Both the position numbers and the translations under genes were made by a program. This document shows, piece by piece, positions 10,014-19,736 of a stretch of DNA of 64,000 nt (position 1 is the stretch's first letter; each line of letters starts with the position of its first letter). The notes beneath the pieces were generated by a model. The model saw only the letters and a program-made list of their open reading frames with translations, ran no database searches and was not told the DNA's origin. The stretch comes from a virus, in IMG/VR virus record IMGVR_UViG_3300036781_000275, positions 9,324 to 73,323 of that record; one strand, given 5' to 3'.

Positions 10014-11063
10014 TTACTCCTCTTCGTCCCCGTCCGGTTCCTCCTCCTCGTCTTCATCGTCGCTCGGCTCAACTGGCGGCTCCTCATCGATGAGCGCCGC
10101 AAGGTTGCCCGCGAAATCGTCGGGCATCTCTTTGCGCAGATCCTGCGCGACGGTCGTGTACGCATCGCTCACCAGCCCCAGCTCGGTGCGCGCCTCCTGC
10201 TCTGCGCGCAACACGCTGTTCCATGCGTCGACGTCCAGCTCTTTCATGACCTCGCGTTCCACGAGATCCGCGAGCACGGTCGGATCGAGCGCGTCCAGCT
10301 CCCACGATTCGTCGCCGTACTTGAACTGGTAATCGTTGAACCGGCTGTCGGTTTCCTTCGCCGGGTTCGGCGGCGGCTTGTACCGATCTATCTGCGGCAT
10401 GTTGAGCGCGAGCCGCCGCACCTCGACGCTGCGCGCGCCGAATAGCACGAGGCGATCACGAATGTCGCGCGTCATGTCGATCCCGCTCGGATCGTGATCG
10501 CCGAAATGCAGGATCAAAATGTCACGGCCCGGATTGATGCGCCCGACACCCTTCGGCTTGGTGCCGACGCTCACGTGCCTCAGTCGCTGCGCTGCGCCCC
10601 AGATTTCGGAATCGCTCGTGTAGCCGCGGCACGAGAAGAACGGCAACCGCCATTTGTGCGCGACGCGTTCGAACACGCCCATCAGTGCGTCTTTCTCGAA
10701 CCACACTTCGATGTACGTGGGCTGCGTCAGCCACCGATCAAAGCGGAATTGTTCGGCGACGGCCTGCACGATGTCGGCCGGCGATTCCCACTTCGACAGA
10801 TCCTGAAGGTTGCGTGTGCGATCGACAATCGCGCTCCAGTCAATCAGGCCAGCGCGCCGGCCCTTGCTGACGATGTTGCCGAGCCGGTTGTATTCGCGCG
10901 CCGTGTTCGGGATGTAATCACGGCTCACGAATTGGTAATAGAGCTGGCGCAGCGTGAGCGTGTAGCCGAGCGCTGCGTACTCGTCGATGATCTGGTTCGC
11001 CTGTACGATCACCGCGAGTGTGGCGTCCTTCATGCCGACGACTTCGTACGCAATCTTCGGCAT
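10014..11063 (-). CDS. Topoisomerase VI-A/Spo11/JetD-like wHTH-TOPRIM protein
   Basis: TLRQLYY (catalytic-Tyr wHTH), EVWFEKDAL, RGY.S, HFGDHDPSG (DxD); acidic tail. Confidence 0.75.
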   Translation of the reverse strand: MPKIAYEVVGMKDATLAVIVQANQIIDEYAALGYTLTLRQLYYQFVSRDYIPNTAREYNRLGNIVSKGRRAGLIDWSAIVDRTRNLQDLSKWESPADIVQAVAEQFRFDRWLTQPTYIEVWFEKDALMGVFERVAHKWRLPFFSCRGYTSDSEIWGAAQRLRHVSVGTKPKGVGRINPGRDILILHFGDHDPSGIDMTRDIRDRLVLFGARSVEVRRLALNMPQIDRYKPPPNPAKETDSRFNDYQFKYGDESWELDALDPTVLADLVEREVMKELDVDAWNSVLRAEQEARTELGLVSDAYTTVAQDLRKEMPDDFAGNLAALIDEEPPVEPSDDEDEEEEPDGDEEE

Positions 11064-11064
11064 G

Positions 11065-11707
11065 CTATTTCGCGTCGCCGCTCACGCAAAACTGATCCAG
11101 CCATGCGTGTACATCCGCCAAGGTGCGTTGATCCGCGTCATTCCATCCTCGCACAACGGACACCATCTCCTCTGTGCCACCAACTTCCAGCACCGCGCCG
11201 GCGAGACAGAAGCAATCGCCTTTGTCTGGCAGCACTTTCTTGTCAGCGCCCTTGATCCAATGTTCGGGGTCAAGCAACGCTTTCGCTTTTGTTGCGATTT
11301 CGCACGTGGGTTGCGCATAAGGCTTCGGCGCGGCAATGAGACCGCCACCGTGCCAGTCGCCACCGTGCCAGTCGCCACCGCGCCAGACGCCACCGCGCCA
11401 GTCGCCACCGCGCCAGACGCCACCGCGCCAGTCGCCACCGTGCCAGTCGCCACCGCGCCAGACGCCACCGCGCCAGTCGCCACCGCGCCAGACGCCACCG
11501 CGCCAGTCGCCACCGCGCCAGACGCCACCGCGCCAGTCGCCACCGTGCCAGACGCCACCGTGCCAGACGCCACCGCGCCAGACGCCACCGTGCCAGTCGC
11601 CACCGCGCCAGACAACGCGGCCTCGCGCGTCGATCTCTATGTCGGCGTTTTCGGTAATCGCGCGCACCAGCCATGCGGGCGCGTTTGAGAGTTCGGAAAT
11701 TTTCATT
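11065..11707 (-). CDS. W[RH]GG[DV] pentapeptide-repeat protein with DUF6197-like C-terminus
   Basis: Start MKISELSNAPAW; 18 pentapeptide repeats; C-terminal CFCLAGA...WND...RT..DV. Confidence 0.65.
11343..11612. repeat. 15-bp tandem repeat, 18 copies (GCCACCGYGCCAGWC)
   Basis: Directly visible; only two variable positions per unit. Confidence 0.95.
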
Positions 11708-11731
11708 GCCTTAGAGAGAAGAATCTGGTCA

Positions 11732-12085
11732 TCACAAACCGTCCGCTTTGCGCATGAGCGTTTTCGCCTGCTCGATTGTAAACGCGCCACCCATGCGCCG
11801 ATGAAACTGCTGCACTGCCGCTGCTTCCGACATATGCCTGAACAGTTTGATTTCCTCGGCGTTTGGAGCTGGCCATTGTGGCTGTACATCTGGCGCGAGC
11901 ACGCGCACGCCGCCATCGGTTCTATAGACTTCGACCACGTTGATTGCCGGCGTAATGCCGTTGTCGAATTGGCGCAGTGAGATTAGCCCGCCAGTGCCAT
12001 CGGGAAAGCTGAACTGCACGATCCGTTCGCCCGGCGCAGCACATTTCTGCGCGCCGGGCGCTGGTTCCACCTGTGCCAGCTTCAC
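11732..12085 (-). CDS. hypothetical protein (GTG start overlapping upstream stop)
   Basis: VKLAQVEPAPG... part of the 11732-12358 ORF; GTGA overlap. Confidence 0.5.
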   Translation of the reverse strand: MKLAQVEPAPGAQKCAAPGERIVQFSFPDGTGGLISLRQFDNGITPAINVVEVYRTDGGVRVLAPDVQPQWPAPNAEEIKLFRHMSEAAAVQQFHRRMGGAFTIEQAKTLMRKADGL

Positions 12086-12345
12086 AGTTCTTCCTCGGTG
12101 ATTGGCAATGGTTCGCCCGTGTCCTCGTTGACCGCGCTCAGCGTGTACGCGTGCCGGTAGTCGAGGCACCGGCTGATCTCGTGCCGCGCCATCGCGAACG
12201 CATGCTCGCGATCCTGCTCGGACCACGACGCGCTGACCGGCATGCCGTCCGTCGAGACCCAGCGGCGATGACCGCCGTTCACGGGATCTCGCTCGATGTG
12301 CAGCACGATGCTCGTGCGTTGCGTTTCGGTTTCCGTCATTGCCAC
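12082..12345 (-). CDS. hypothetical protein, first gene of moron
   Basis: Preceded by conserved leader and promoter module. Confidence 0.6.
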   Translation of the reverse strand: MAMTETETQRTSIVLHIERDPVNGGHRRWVSTDGMPVSASWSEQDREHAFAMARHEISRCLDYRHAYTLSAVNEDTGEPLPITEEEL

Positions 12346-12376
12346 ATTGACTCCGCATTGGAAGTTGTTTGGTCTG

Positions 12377-12457
12377 GCCCTGCCCGATGAGATAAAGCTA
12401 ACGCCTGTTAGGTGCCTGTCAAGCCCTCACGTAAAACATTGATTTTCCCACAGTTAG
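12377..12457 (-). repeat. 81-bp promoter module copy A (IHF-like site, TTGACA, palindrome 12398-12411, TAGCTT)
   Basis: Near-identical to 26835-26915 and 41387-41467. Confidence 0.9.
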
Positions 12458-13863
12458 AACCGCACACGCACTCGGCCCCATTTCCCGCGCACCGTATTCA
12501 GCCGGTAGCGCCACTCGTCGCCGATATGGTCCTCGTTCTCTGTGTTGACGTCGTTGATCTTGATCAAATCGCGCTGGAGCGCCGGCACGGTGCGAATGAA
12601 TTGCGGGCACGTGTTCCAGCAGAAAAACCCCGCCTCTTCCATCGCCGATTTCTTCGCGTCCTTGAAATCGTGCGACGCCATTAGCATCGATCGGCATTTC
12701 TCCCAGCCATTGACGCGATGGTTGTCGGCGTCAATCCAATCAACGCCGCGCTCCTTCATCTGCTTCGCAATCGAGTCGCCGGTTGTGGCGTCGTGCGTGA
12801 TCGTCGGATCAGCCGGCCCACCGTACACGGTCACACCGTACTTGTCCTGAATTGTTTTGTCTGCTGCGAGCACCGCCTCTGCGATCTGGCGGTTTGTCCA
12901 GTGCACGCCCTCGTTCGGCTTGCCTGACCACCCGTAAATCTCTGCGATGCGAAACACTGTGCCGGGCGGAAACTTGTACATGCGCCCGTCCGCCAGCTCG
13001 CACGGCGTGCCGTCGCTCTCCGCGTAGTAGCCCACGCTGAACGGTTTCGCCGAGCCCCAGTCGAACGCACGGTCAACGTACCACGCCTTCGGGATCCTGA
13101 ATGGCTGCATCACGTGCACATCAGCGTTCCACAGATCATCGAAGAATCCGCCGGCCACTATGTCCCACCCACCCTTGAGCCACGCTTTGCGCCGGTGCGG
13201 ATCCGTGTCGGCGGCCAAGATGTGCGGATACCGCGGGTCCGCTTTGATCAGCGCTTTGTTCTCGGACCAGTGGCCGCGCACGCGCACGCGTGTGATGCCG
13301 CCTTTGAGCCGGATGATCTTGCCGGCGGGCGCGGGATCGATGACGTACGCCTTCACGACGTGGTGCCCAACACCGAACGGGTTCGTGGTCGCGCGGATCC
13401 GCCGCGGCACGCCCGGATGCGTCGAGCGACAGCACGTGTTCATCGCCTCATAGCACTGCATGTTCGGCCAGTTCGTTAGCTCATCCCAGCCGATCCACGG
13501 GTACTCGTGCCCGTGATAATTCCAGTAGTCTTTCGGCGATGCCATGTAGCGCAACAACAGCTCTTCGCCCGTTGCGAATTTCCAAATGTGGTCGCTGGCG
13601 TTGTACTTGGCGTCAGGGAAGCATGCCGAGAACAGACGGATCGATTTCTCGATGACGTCGCTCAGCTCCTTGTAGGTGCGCCGGAACAGGATGCCGCGCC
13701 AGTATCGGCCGTACCCCTGCCCGACCTCGCTCGCGAAGTCCGCGAGCAGCGCGACGGTCTTACCGGGTCCGCGCGTCCCGTCGTAAATCGTCTCTAGCGC
13801 CGGCGATGTCAGGAACACGCGCTGCGAGCCGGGTTGCGCTTCCCACGCGGCGAAATCGATCAC
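12454..13863 (-). CDS. terL: terminase large subunit
   Basis: GTRGPGKT Walker A, IGWDE Walker B, ATTNPFGVGH, RAFDWG and EDHIGDEWRY RNase H motifs. Confidence 0.93.
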   Translation of the reverse strand: MIDFAAWEAQPGSQRVFLTSPALETIYDGTRGPGKTVALLADFASEVGQGYGRYWRGILFRRTYKELSDVIEKSIRLFSACFPDAKYNASDHIWKFATGEELLLRYMASPKDYWNYHGHEYPWIGWDELTNWPNMQCYEAMNTCCRSTHPGVPRRIRATTNPFGVGHHVVKAYVIDPAPAGKIIRLKGGITRVRVRGHWSENKALIKADPRYPHILAADTDPHRRKAWLKGGWDIVAGGFFDDLWNADVHVMQPFRIPKAWYVDRAFDWGSAKPFSVGYYAESDGTPCELADGRMYKFPPGTVFRIAEIYGWSGKPNEGVHWTNRQIAEAVLAADKTIQDKYGVTVYGGPADPTITHDATTGDSIAKQMKERGVDWIDADNHRVNGWEKCRSMLMASHDFKDAKKSAMEEAGFFCWNTCPQFIRTVPALQRDLIKINDVNTENEDHIGDEWRYRLNTVRGKWGRVRVRF

Positions 13864-14498
13864 CGTTGGTCCTCGGATGATTCGTCATCAGCCGCGTCGT
13901 CTGTCACAGACGGCAGCGGTCGCATACCGAATTCCAGCGGTTTTGACGGCTCTCCTATCACAATCTGCGTCGGGTCGTCCTTCGATCTCCGCCGGCCGCG
14001 TCGCCATTCGCGGGTCACGTGCAGGTGGCACGGATAGCACAACAGACGCAAATTCGCCGGGCGATCATCACCGCCGTCTGCTACCGGGATAATGTGGTCA
14101 CACTGCCACGGTGCTGCTGCGAGTGGGCACGCCGGTCCCTGCTCGCCTCGGTAGATCCGGCGCTTCTCGTTGTCCCACGAACTGTGCCAGTCGTACCGCA
14201 TCCAGCCCGGATGTTCGAGCTTGCATCGACGGCACCGCCTGTCGCGCCGCTTGATCGTCTCCGCGAGCGCCTCCCACGACGCCACGCACAGAAATTGGTC
14301 GACGCACCCCTCGCCACAGAACGTCGATCGCCGCGGCGCGACTTCACGACCGCACCACCGACACAGCCGGCGGCCGTGCGCGCCGCGTCCAGCCGGCTGC
14401 TGCACGTCGAGCCCGCGCCGCACGCGCCACCGCCCCCATGGCGGGATGATGAGTTTTTTTACGCGATCGTGCGGACTGCCTTCGGCGAACCCGCTCAT
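13860..14498 (-). CDS. HNH endonuclease (packaging-associated)
   Basis: CRWCG...C...C, RDRRCRRC, DHIIPVADGG...NLRLLC.PCH. Confidence 0.85.
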   Translation of the reverse strand: MSGFAEGSPHDRVKKLIIPPWGRWRVRRGLDVQQPAGRGAHGRRLCRWCGREVAPRRSTFCGEGCVDQFLCVASWEALAETIKRRDRRCRRCKLEHPGWMRYDWHSSWDNEKRRIYRGEQGPACPLAAAPWQCDHIIPVADGGDDRPANLRLLCYPCHLHVTREWRRGRRRSKDDPTQIVIGEPSKPLEFGMRPLPSVTDDAADDESSEDQR

Positions 14499-15136
14499 CG
14501 CGCGGGCTCATCATCGAGCGCGTTCACGGCACGCTCCGCTTCCGCGGCCAGCTCGGCCTGTTGGCGCGTCGATACCTTCTCCCACTCCGCCTCATCGGTA
14601 AGGCGCATCGGCAGCTTGAGCACGCCAGCCTTCGCGCGCTCTTGACTGTCGTCTTTCTCGACACTTGCCGCGGTTTCCTTCCCGTTCACGTCATGCGCGC
14701 GACGTTCGAGATCCGCCGAGAGCTTCGCCATGCGCGTCAAGTCGGTGACGTCTTTGATGTCCTCGGGCTTCATGCTGGCCAGCTTCTGCACGACCTGTAG
14801 CTGCATGGCCTTCGCGATCTTGATGTGTCGCGCCGCCATTTTTTTTCGCTCGGCCACCGCGCTCCGCGTCTCTTCGCGGGCGAGATGTCGGTCGTATTCA
14901 AGCGCCCGGCTTACCCAATCGTTTGCCTGTGACCACTTCTTGAGTTGTGGGACACCATACGGCAACCCCTTTGCAGTGCGTTTGCCGGCGGCGTTCTCAG
15001 CGGCGTAAACGATTGTCGCGGCTTCTCTTACGGTTCGTCGTGCGCCGAGATCGAGATAGACCGTGAACGCCCCGAACGACCGCGACGATTCACGGTCGAG
15101 CGCATCCCATGGGTTGCGTTCGTCGGCTGCCGGCAT
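14495..15136 (-). CDS. terS: terminase small subunit
   Basis: PW....ES...F.AF.VY.DLG..R...KWS....W..RA..YD motif; upstream of terL. Confidence 0.7.
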   Translation of the reverse strand: MPAADERNPWDALDRESSRSFGAFTVYLDLGARRTVREAATIVYAAENAAGKRTAKGLPYGVPQLKKWSQANDWVSRALEYDRHLAREETRSAVAERKKMAARHIKIAKAMQLQVVQKLASMKPEDIKDVTDLTRMAKLSADLERRAHDVNGKETAASVEKDDSQERAKAGVLKLPMRLTDEAEWEKVSTRQQAELAAEAERAVNALDDEPAR

Positions 15137-15177
15137 GACGGACGTGCGCGCGTGCCCAGCGTCGGGCGAGCGCGGAG

Positions 15178-15969
15178 CTACACGGTGTACGGGAGTACGA
15201 TCCGCCGGCGGCCCTTATTGAGTACGCGTTTCGTGAGCGGGTTTCCTTTCGGGCTGCCGCGTTGAATGGCTTCGCCGAAGTGCGCGCGCAGAAACTGGTA
15301 CGCTTCTTCTTCGGCTGTTGGGTGCCGGAATTCGGCGAGCCCGCCTTGTCCGGTGTAGGTCTCTTTGAATCCGCATGCGAACCGCTGATCGAGCCAGCAG
15401 TACCGGTGCAGTGCCGCGTTGAGCAACGACAGCCAGAAATCGCTCACGGGCAGCGAGCTGTCGGGACAGAAGAGCTTCGAGCCGGCCGCGATGCCGATGC
15501 AGCCGTCGAGCACGTAGCCACCGAACGAGTAGGGTCTGAGCTGGCGGTACGAGGCGGGATTCACGTGGGTGGCGAAGCCGAACAGATACGTGTTCATCAT
15601 GACGGCGGTCGCGTAGCAGTTCTGAATGATGTCGTACGCTTCGCGGCCGGTCGTGCGGGTTTTGCGTCTGGCGCGGTTCGGGGTTTTCGAATCGGGCGCT
15701 TTGCCCATGTAGAGCCGGAACAGGCCGATGAAGTCATCATCCACCATGCACACGGGCGCAAAGTTGTTGATGATCCACGTGCGTTTTCTGGCGATACCGA
15801 TGATCGAGTCGGGGTGTGTGACGATTTGATCGGCCGCGTGATGCTTGCGGTACTCGTCGTACTGGGCTTCAGGCACGCACAGCTTGCCGCCGTCGAGGAA
15901 TTGCATCGTGGTCACGCGGCCGGCGCGCTTGTGCGACGGGATGATGATCGCGCAGTCGGGGCCGTTCAC
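15178..15969 (-). CDS. GT-A fold glycosyltransferase (TET-associated/GREB1-like)
   Basis: IIIPSHKRAG, GIARKRTWI, MVDDD, D..LSL, GG..EFR motifs; GTG start overlaps ParB stop. Confidence 0.7.
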   Translation of the reverse strand: MNGPDCAIIIPSHKRAGRVTTMQFLDGGKLCVPEAQYDEYRKHHAADQIVTHPDSIIGIARKRTWIINNFAPVCMVDDDFIGLFRLYMGKAPDSKTPNRARRKTRTTGREAYDIIQNCYATAVMMNTYLFGFATHVNPASYRQLRPYSFGGYVLDGCIGIAAGSKLFCPDSSLPVSDFWLSLLNAALHRYCWLDQRFACGFKETYTGQGGLAEFRHPTAEEEAYQFLRAHFGEAIQRGSPKGNPLTKRVLNKGRRRIVLPYTV

Positions 15970-16787
15970 AGGTCGGTCCCCGTGGCAGCGGGACGCAGCT
16001 CTTCGGTGAGCGCGGCGAGATCCTCGGTGACGGCTTGCGCGTGTTCGCTCGGCGTGGGCTCTGCTGGTTTCGCTGACGGCGCTGGCGCGGGTTGCGCGCG
16101 CTGCACGCATCGTTCGAGCACGTCGTTCGCGAACATGACGGCCGTTTGTCCGAGCGAGCCTTTGCGATCACGCATGACCTGCGGGTTCAGGAGCGTCTTC
16201 AGTCGTGCCCACTCCATTTCCGTACGACAGACCAAGATGATCGCGTTGTAACCCTCGTCCCAGTTCGGCGCGATCGGATACGCGACGGCGCTCGGCTTGT
16301 CGTCTTTTTCGGTGGGCACGTCGTCACTGGCTTCGCGGATCGTGAGCGCTTCGGCGAGTTCGGTGAGATTGGCGTCGCCGGCCATCTGGTCGAGCAACGC
16401 GGACAGGGCGAGTTCATCGGTCTCGGCCATTTGCCCGATCGCATCGTGTGACGCGATGACCGCATCGGCCTCGTCGTCGTTGAGATCGGTGAGCAACACG
16501 GGCACGTCGCCGGTCGCGAGTTCCTCGTGCCGCAAGTGCCCGTCGATGATCGTGAGCCCACCGTACCGCGGCGAGTCGTACACGACGAGCGCTGTCGTGA
16601 AGCCGAGCCGGTTTAGCGAGAGACGGAGCGCGCTGCGTTGATCCGCGCCGTGTATGCGCCAGTTCTTCGGGTGTGTGCGCAGCGTCGCGGCGTCGACGAG
16701 GCGCATCGCGGTGATGCGGTTACGGATCCCATTAGCCAAGGCCAAGGGTGTGCTGCTGTTCGCGCTGTTGTTGGCGGGGCTCGTCAT
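15966..16787 (-). CDS. ParB-like N-terminal domain protein
   Basis: HPKNWRIH...LGF....VV...IIDGHLR motif. Confidence 0.8.
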   Translation of the reverse strand: MTSPANNSANSSTPLALANGIRNRITAMRLVDAATLRTHPKNWRIHGADQRSALRLSLNRLGFTTALVVYDSPRYGGLTIIDGHLRHEELATGDVPVLLTDLNDDEADAVIASHDAIGQMAETDELALSALLDQMAGDANLTELAEALTIREASDDVPTEKDDKPSAVAYPIAPNWDEGYNAIILVCRTEMEWARLKTLLNPQVMRDRKGSLGQTAVMFANDVLERCVQRAQPAPAPSAKPAEPTPSEHAQAVTEDLAALTEELRPAATGTDL

Positions 16788-17478
16788 GGACCGGTTCTGC
16801 GGGGGAGAGAGGTGGGGGCGCGAACGCTAACTGCCGGGCGTGATCCCAGCCATGGCTTCTGACCATGATGCCGAGCGCGCGGTGCGTGTCGTAATGCCCG
16901 GAGAGCATCGAGGGGCCGCGATTATCGCGACGGCCTTCGAATGTGTGATCATCGATCGCGAAAGCCGGCATGCCTGACCATGGCATGAGGCACGGGGCGC
17001 GAAAAGCATCGGTCGACGGCTTCATGGTGAGCCAAGTCCAGAAAACGTTTCTGGCGCGCGTGGTCATCCAGAATCCGTAGCGCTTCGCTTCGGCCATCAG
17101 GAATTCAGTTTCCGCGTATTTCGCGGCGCGTGCTTCCTGTTCGAGATCGCAGAAGCGATCCGAGAGCGCGCGGATCCCGTGGTGTGTGTCGCGCGAGCAG
17201 AGCGCGGCGAAGTCTTCCGCCTTCAGCTCAGCGAGCGCCGCGGGGAAGCTGGCGAGCGAGGGGAAGGTGTCTTCGAAAAGCCCAACAGTGAGCGTGGCAG
17301 CAATCGTCGAACGGTTCAGCCGGTGGCGCGCCTGAAGGATTCCTTCAGGCCAGCCGATGCGCAGCGCCTTGACGGCGAGTGATTTCCATGCTGATTCGCT
17401 CCAGCCGTCGATAAATCGGATGGGCTTGGCCGCCTTCGGTGTCTTTGGTTCGGAAGTTCGTAACCGCTTTGTTGGCAC
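16732..17478 (-). CDS. hypothetical protein (MgsA/RarA C-terminal-like helical domain)
   Basis: S.AVKALRIG..., ED, FAIDDHT.EGR motifs. Confidence 0.5.
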   Translation of the reverse strand: MPTKRLRTSEPKTPKAAKPIRFIDGWSESAWKSLAVKALRIGWPEGILQARHRLNRSTIAATLTVGLFEDTFPSLASFPAALAELKAEDFAALCSRDTHHGIRALSDRFCDLEQEARAAKYAETEFLMAEAKRYGFWMTTRARNVFWTWLTMKPSTDAFRAPCLMPWSGMPAFAIDDHTFEGRRDNRGPSMLSGHYDTHRALGIMVRSHGWDHARQLAFAPPPLSPAEPVHDEPRQQQREQQHTLGLG

Positions 17479-17509
17479 TGGTTTAGCTCGTGTGAGAGAT
17501 GCCCAAAAG

Positions 17510-17523
17510 CTAACACCCGTTAG
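17510..17523. promoter_or_regulatory. palindromic operator CTAACACCCGTTAG
   Basis: Member of CTAAC-N4-GTTAG family, upstream of ParB/GT/terminase operon. Confidence 0.75.
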
Positions 17524-17823
17524 GTGCTAGCGCTAGTGCCTCAGCGAGCGGAAATAGGCGTCGTCCGGGTTATCATTCATGGCCTGTTTGGCCTGTGGCG
17601 AGTAGTCTGGCCCACTGGCTCCTGATTGGATCGACTGGGCACGCGTCAGCGGCACTGGGCGGGCTACTAGGACGCACGCGCAGCCGTCCCCCATGTCGCA
17701 GTCCTTGGGGTCGTTGAGGTACGGGCAGCGGGTCGCGCGGTACATGGGGATCGGTGCGGCTCGTGTGGCTCGGTCGGTGCGGGTCGTCATGGCGTCCGCC
17801 TGTGCTGACTGTTTCACGTGAAA

Positions 17824-18261
17824 CTATTCGGGCAGGTCCGCGTCGTCGCGGCCCTCGTACGGCAGTACCCACGCCTGTTCGAGCTGATCGAGCAACGCGA
17901 GCGTTTGCAGCGGTGACAACCGCCGGATCTGCTCTGAGAGCTGGTCACGCAGCGTGGTCAGCGGCTGATCGACGTCGAGATTGCTCACGTGCGCCCACAA
18001 CAGCCGCGGATCAATCACGGTTCCCTTCAGGGCCTTCGCGAGAAACTCGACCTCGCCGGCCGTTACGCCGAGCTTGGTACGCTCCTCGCGCATCGCGGTA
18101 TACGCGCGCAGCAGATCGTGTTTGATCTTCGACGAGAACGCTGCGCCGCCAGCGACGCGTCGCTCCAGCTCTTCACGCAACCCGCCGCCCAGATGCACCG
18201 ACGCGTTATCGCGGAGCTTCGTCTTTTCATCATGACTGTCTCCGCTGTTCCTCACACGCAC
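17824..18261 (-). CDS. hypothetical protein, possible DNA-binding regulator
   Basis: Own promoter-like TTGCGA-17-TACGAT just upstream; helical, LSPLQTLALLDQLE tail. Confidence 0.5.
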   Translation of the reverse strand: MRVRNSGDSHDEKTKLRDNASVHLGGGLREELERRVAGGAAFSSKIKHDLLRAYTAMREERTKLGVTAGEVEFLAKALKGTVIDPRLLWAHVSNLDVDQPLTTLRDQLSEQIRRLSPLQTLALLDQLEQAWVLPYEGRDDADLPE

Positions 18262-18314
18262 ATCGTATCAACATACGGCGTGGATCGCAAGGGCCTACGC
18301 GGCGCATACGACAA

Positions 18315-18344
18315 CGCCCCCGGATCATCGCGGATCCGGGGGCG
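18315..18344 (-). terminator. intrinsic terminator-like hairpin
   Basis: CGCCCCCGGATC-6nt-GATCCGGGGGCG perfect 12-bp stem. Confidence 0.6.
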
Positions 18345-18618
18345 CATGGTCGGCCGTGCGTACTGCGTCCTACCGCCGCTCAGGGTGGCGCTGATTTCGG
18401 CGAGACACCGGTATACGTACCGACGTACCCATACTCCTCACCCATAAGCGCACGCGTCAGATCTTCGAACGCCGTGATCCAACCTTTTGTTGCATTGCTA
18501 AGCTGATCGTAGCTGTTCATGGACTTCCTGAGCGCGCCGGCCGAGCGCCGCATAGCCCATCGCAACCGCCGACGCGTCCGATTCGCTCGCCGGCGCAACC
18601 TGACCTCGCGTCGCCGGG

Positions 18619-18873
18619 TCACGTGCTCGCCTTCCCGCCGTTCTGCGGCTCGAACGGCGATTCGATGCCGAGACTGACCGGTTGAAGCGACTCGCCGAAA
18701 TTGGCCTGCGACAGCCACAGCTTGCCATGCACGAGCACGTGTAGTCGCTCGCGCAGCGTGAGGCTCCAGCGTAACACGGTGGTCCGGGCGTCCGTGTAGG
18801 CCGGCAACGGCAAGTACGGCGGCTGATTCTCCGCCCATGTCGTGTTCTGCTCGGGAAATGTGATCGGCTTCAT
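18619..18873 (-). CDS. conserved small phage protein
   Basis: MKPITFPEQN...AENQPPYLPLPA...W.LT.RERL. Confidence 0.6.
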   Translation of the reverse strand: MKPITFPEQNTTWAENQPPYLPLPAYTDARTTVLRWSLTLRERLHVLVHGKLWLSQANFGESLQPVSLGIESPFEPQNGGKAST

Positions 18874-19087
18874 GTTGATGAGGGTAAGTTGTGTTTTCGC
18901 TGGAACGCGCGCTTGGCCGCGGCCGATTCGCGCTCGCCAACCTCACTCGGTGCAGTCGCCTCACGGATAGCGTCCGCGATGTCGAACAGCGCGTAAACCA
19001 GCGCCGTCGTTGCATGCGCACGGTTGTTGTCTTGATCAGTACCGGAGATGTGCGCGAGCGCGTACTCGGATCTTTTCCGAGGTGTCA

Positions 19088-19267
19088 TCACTTCGGGGCT
19101 CCCGGCGCTGGGGTGTCCTGAGCTAATACCGCGCTGCACCACGGACAAAAGACAAAGCGTTTGCCAGTATAGCCCTTGTAGCTCTGAGGATTTCTCGCGT
19201 GGAGCAACAATGTTGGTGCGTTGAGGTGGTCGATGTTTGCGGCCCAATCTTCACAGTCGCATTTCAT
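19088..19267 (-). CDS. small Cys-rich protein
   Basis: MKCDCEDW...FCPWCS; overlapping start/stop junctions. Confidence 0.45.
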   Translation of the reverse strand: MKCDCEDWAANIDHLNAPTLLLHARNPQSYKGYTGKRFVFCPWCSAVLAQDTPAPGAPK

Positions 19268-19457
19268 TCCCCCGTCCTCCCGTCTTCTGGGGCAGCACCG
19301 CAGAGCCAGTCTTTGCGTGCGCCGGCCGCGTAGTGATATGCACATAGCAATCGGCTGCCGAAGTCTTCTGCTCGGACGCCGACGTTCTGACATCGCTCAC
19401 CATCGGGGCCGATGTACCAGCCGCACGCCGTTGGGGCTATTTGCCGTTGTTCTGCGC

Positions 19458-19736
19458 TCATCGGCTCGCTCCGTCTTCCAGAACATCATCTGAAAAATCG
19501 GCGGCGGTTTTCATCCCCCGCGCCGCGCGAATGACTTTGTTGAACGCATCGTCGCCAAACTTCTGACGTACGGTAGCCAGAATACCCGCCGCGATTCGCG
19601 CCACATCGTTCGGCGTGCCGTGCGCCATAATCGGAGAGTCGAGCCTCCCATCAATCGCCCCGAGCAGGAACGCGCTCGCGTCATCGACCACCACCGCCCG
19701 GCGCGATTCGTCAATTCCAGTGATCACGATTTTCAT
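19458..19736 (-). CDS. hypothetical protein
   Basis: GGAG SD, ATGA overlap. Confidence 0.5.
   Translation of the reverse strand: MKIVITGIDESRRAVVVDDASAFLLGAIDGRLDSPIMAHGTPNDVARIAAGILATVRQKFGDDAFNKVIRAARGMKTAADFSDDVLEDGASR

Noticed and set aside
10014-11063. Complete Wadjet or topoisomerase VI system
   Set aside because: No JetABC/SMC or GHKL B subunit in the window
11343-11612. Possible CRISPR array
   Set aside because: Head-to-tail 15-mers with no unique spacers, in frame within a CDS; no cas genes
11270-11674. (ARWRL)n ORF as the true gene
   Set aside because: The flanks of the WxGGx frame look like a real protein with a recognisable C-terminal domain; silent variation in this frame follows largely from second-position changes in the other
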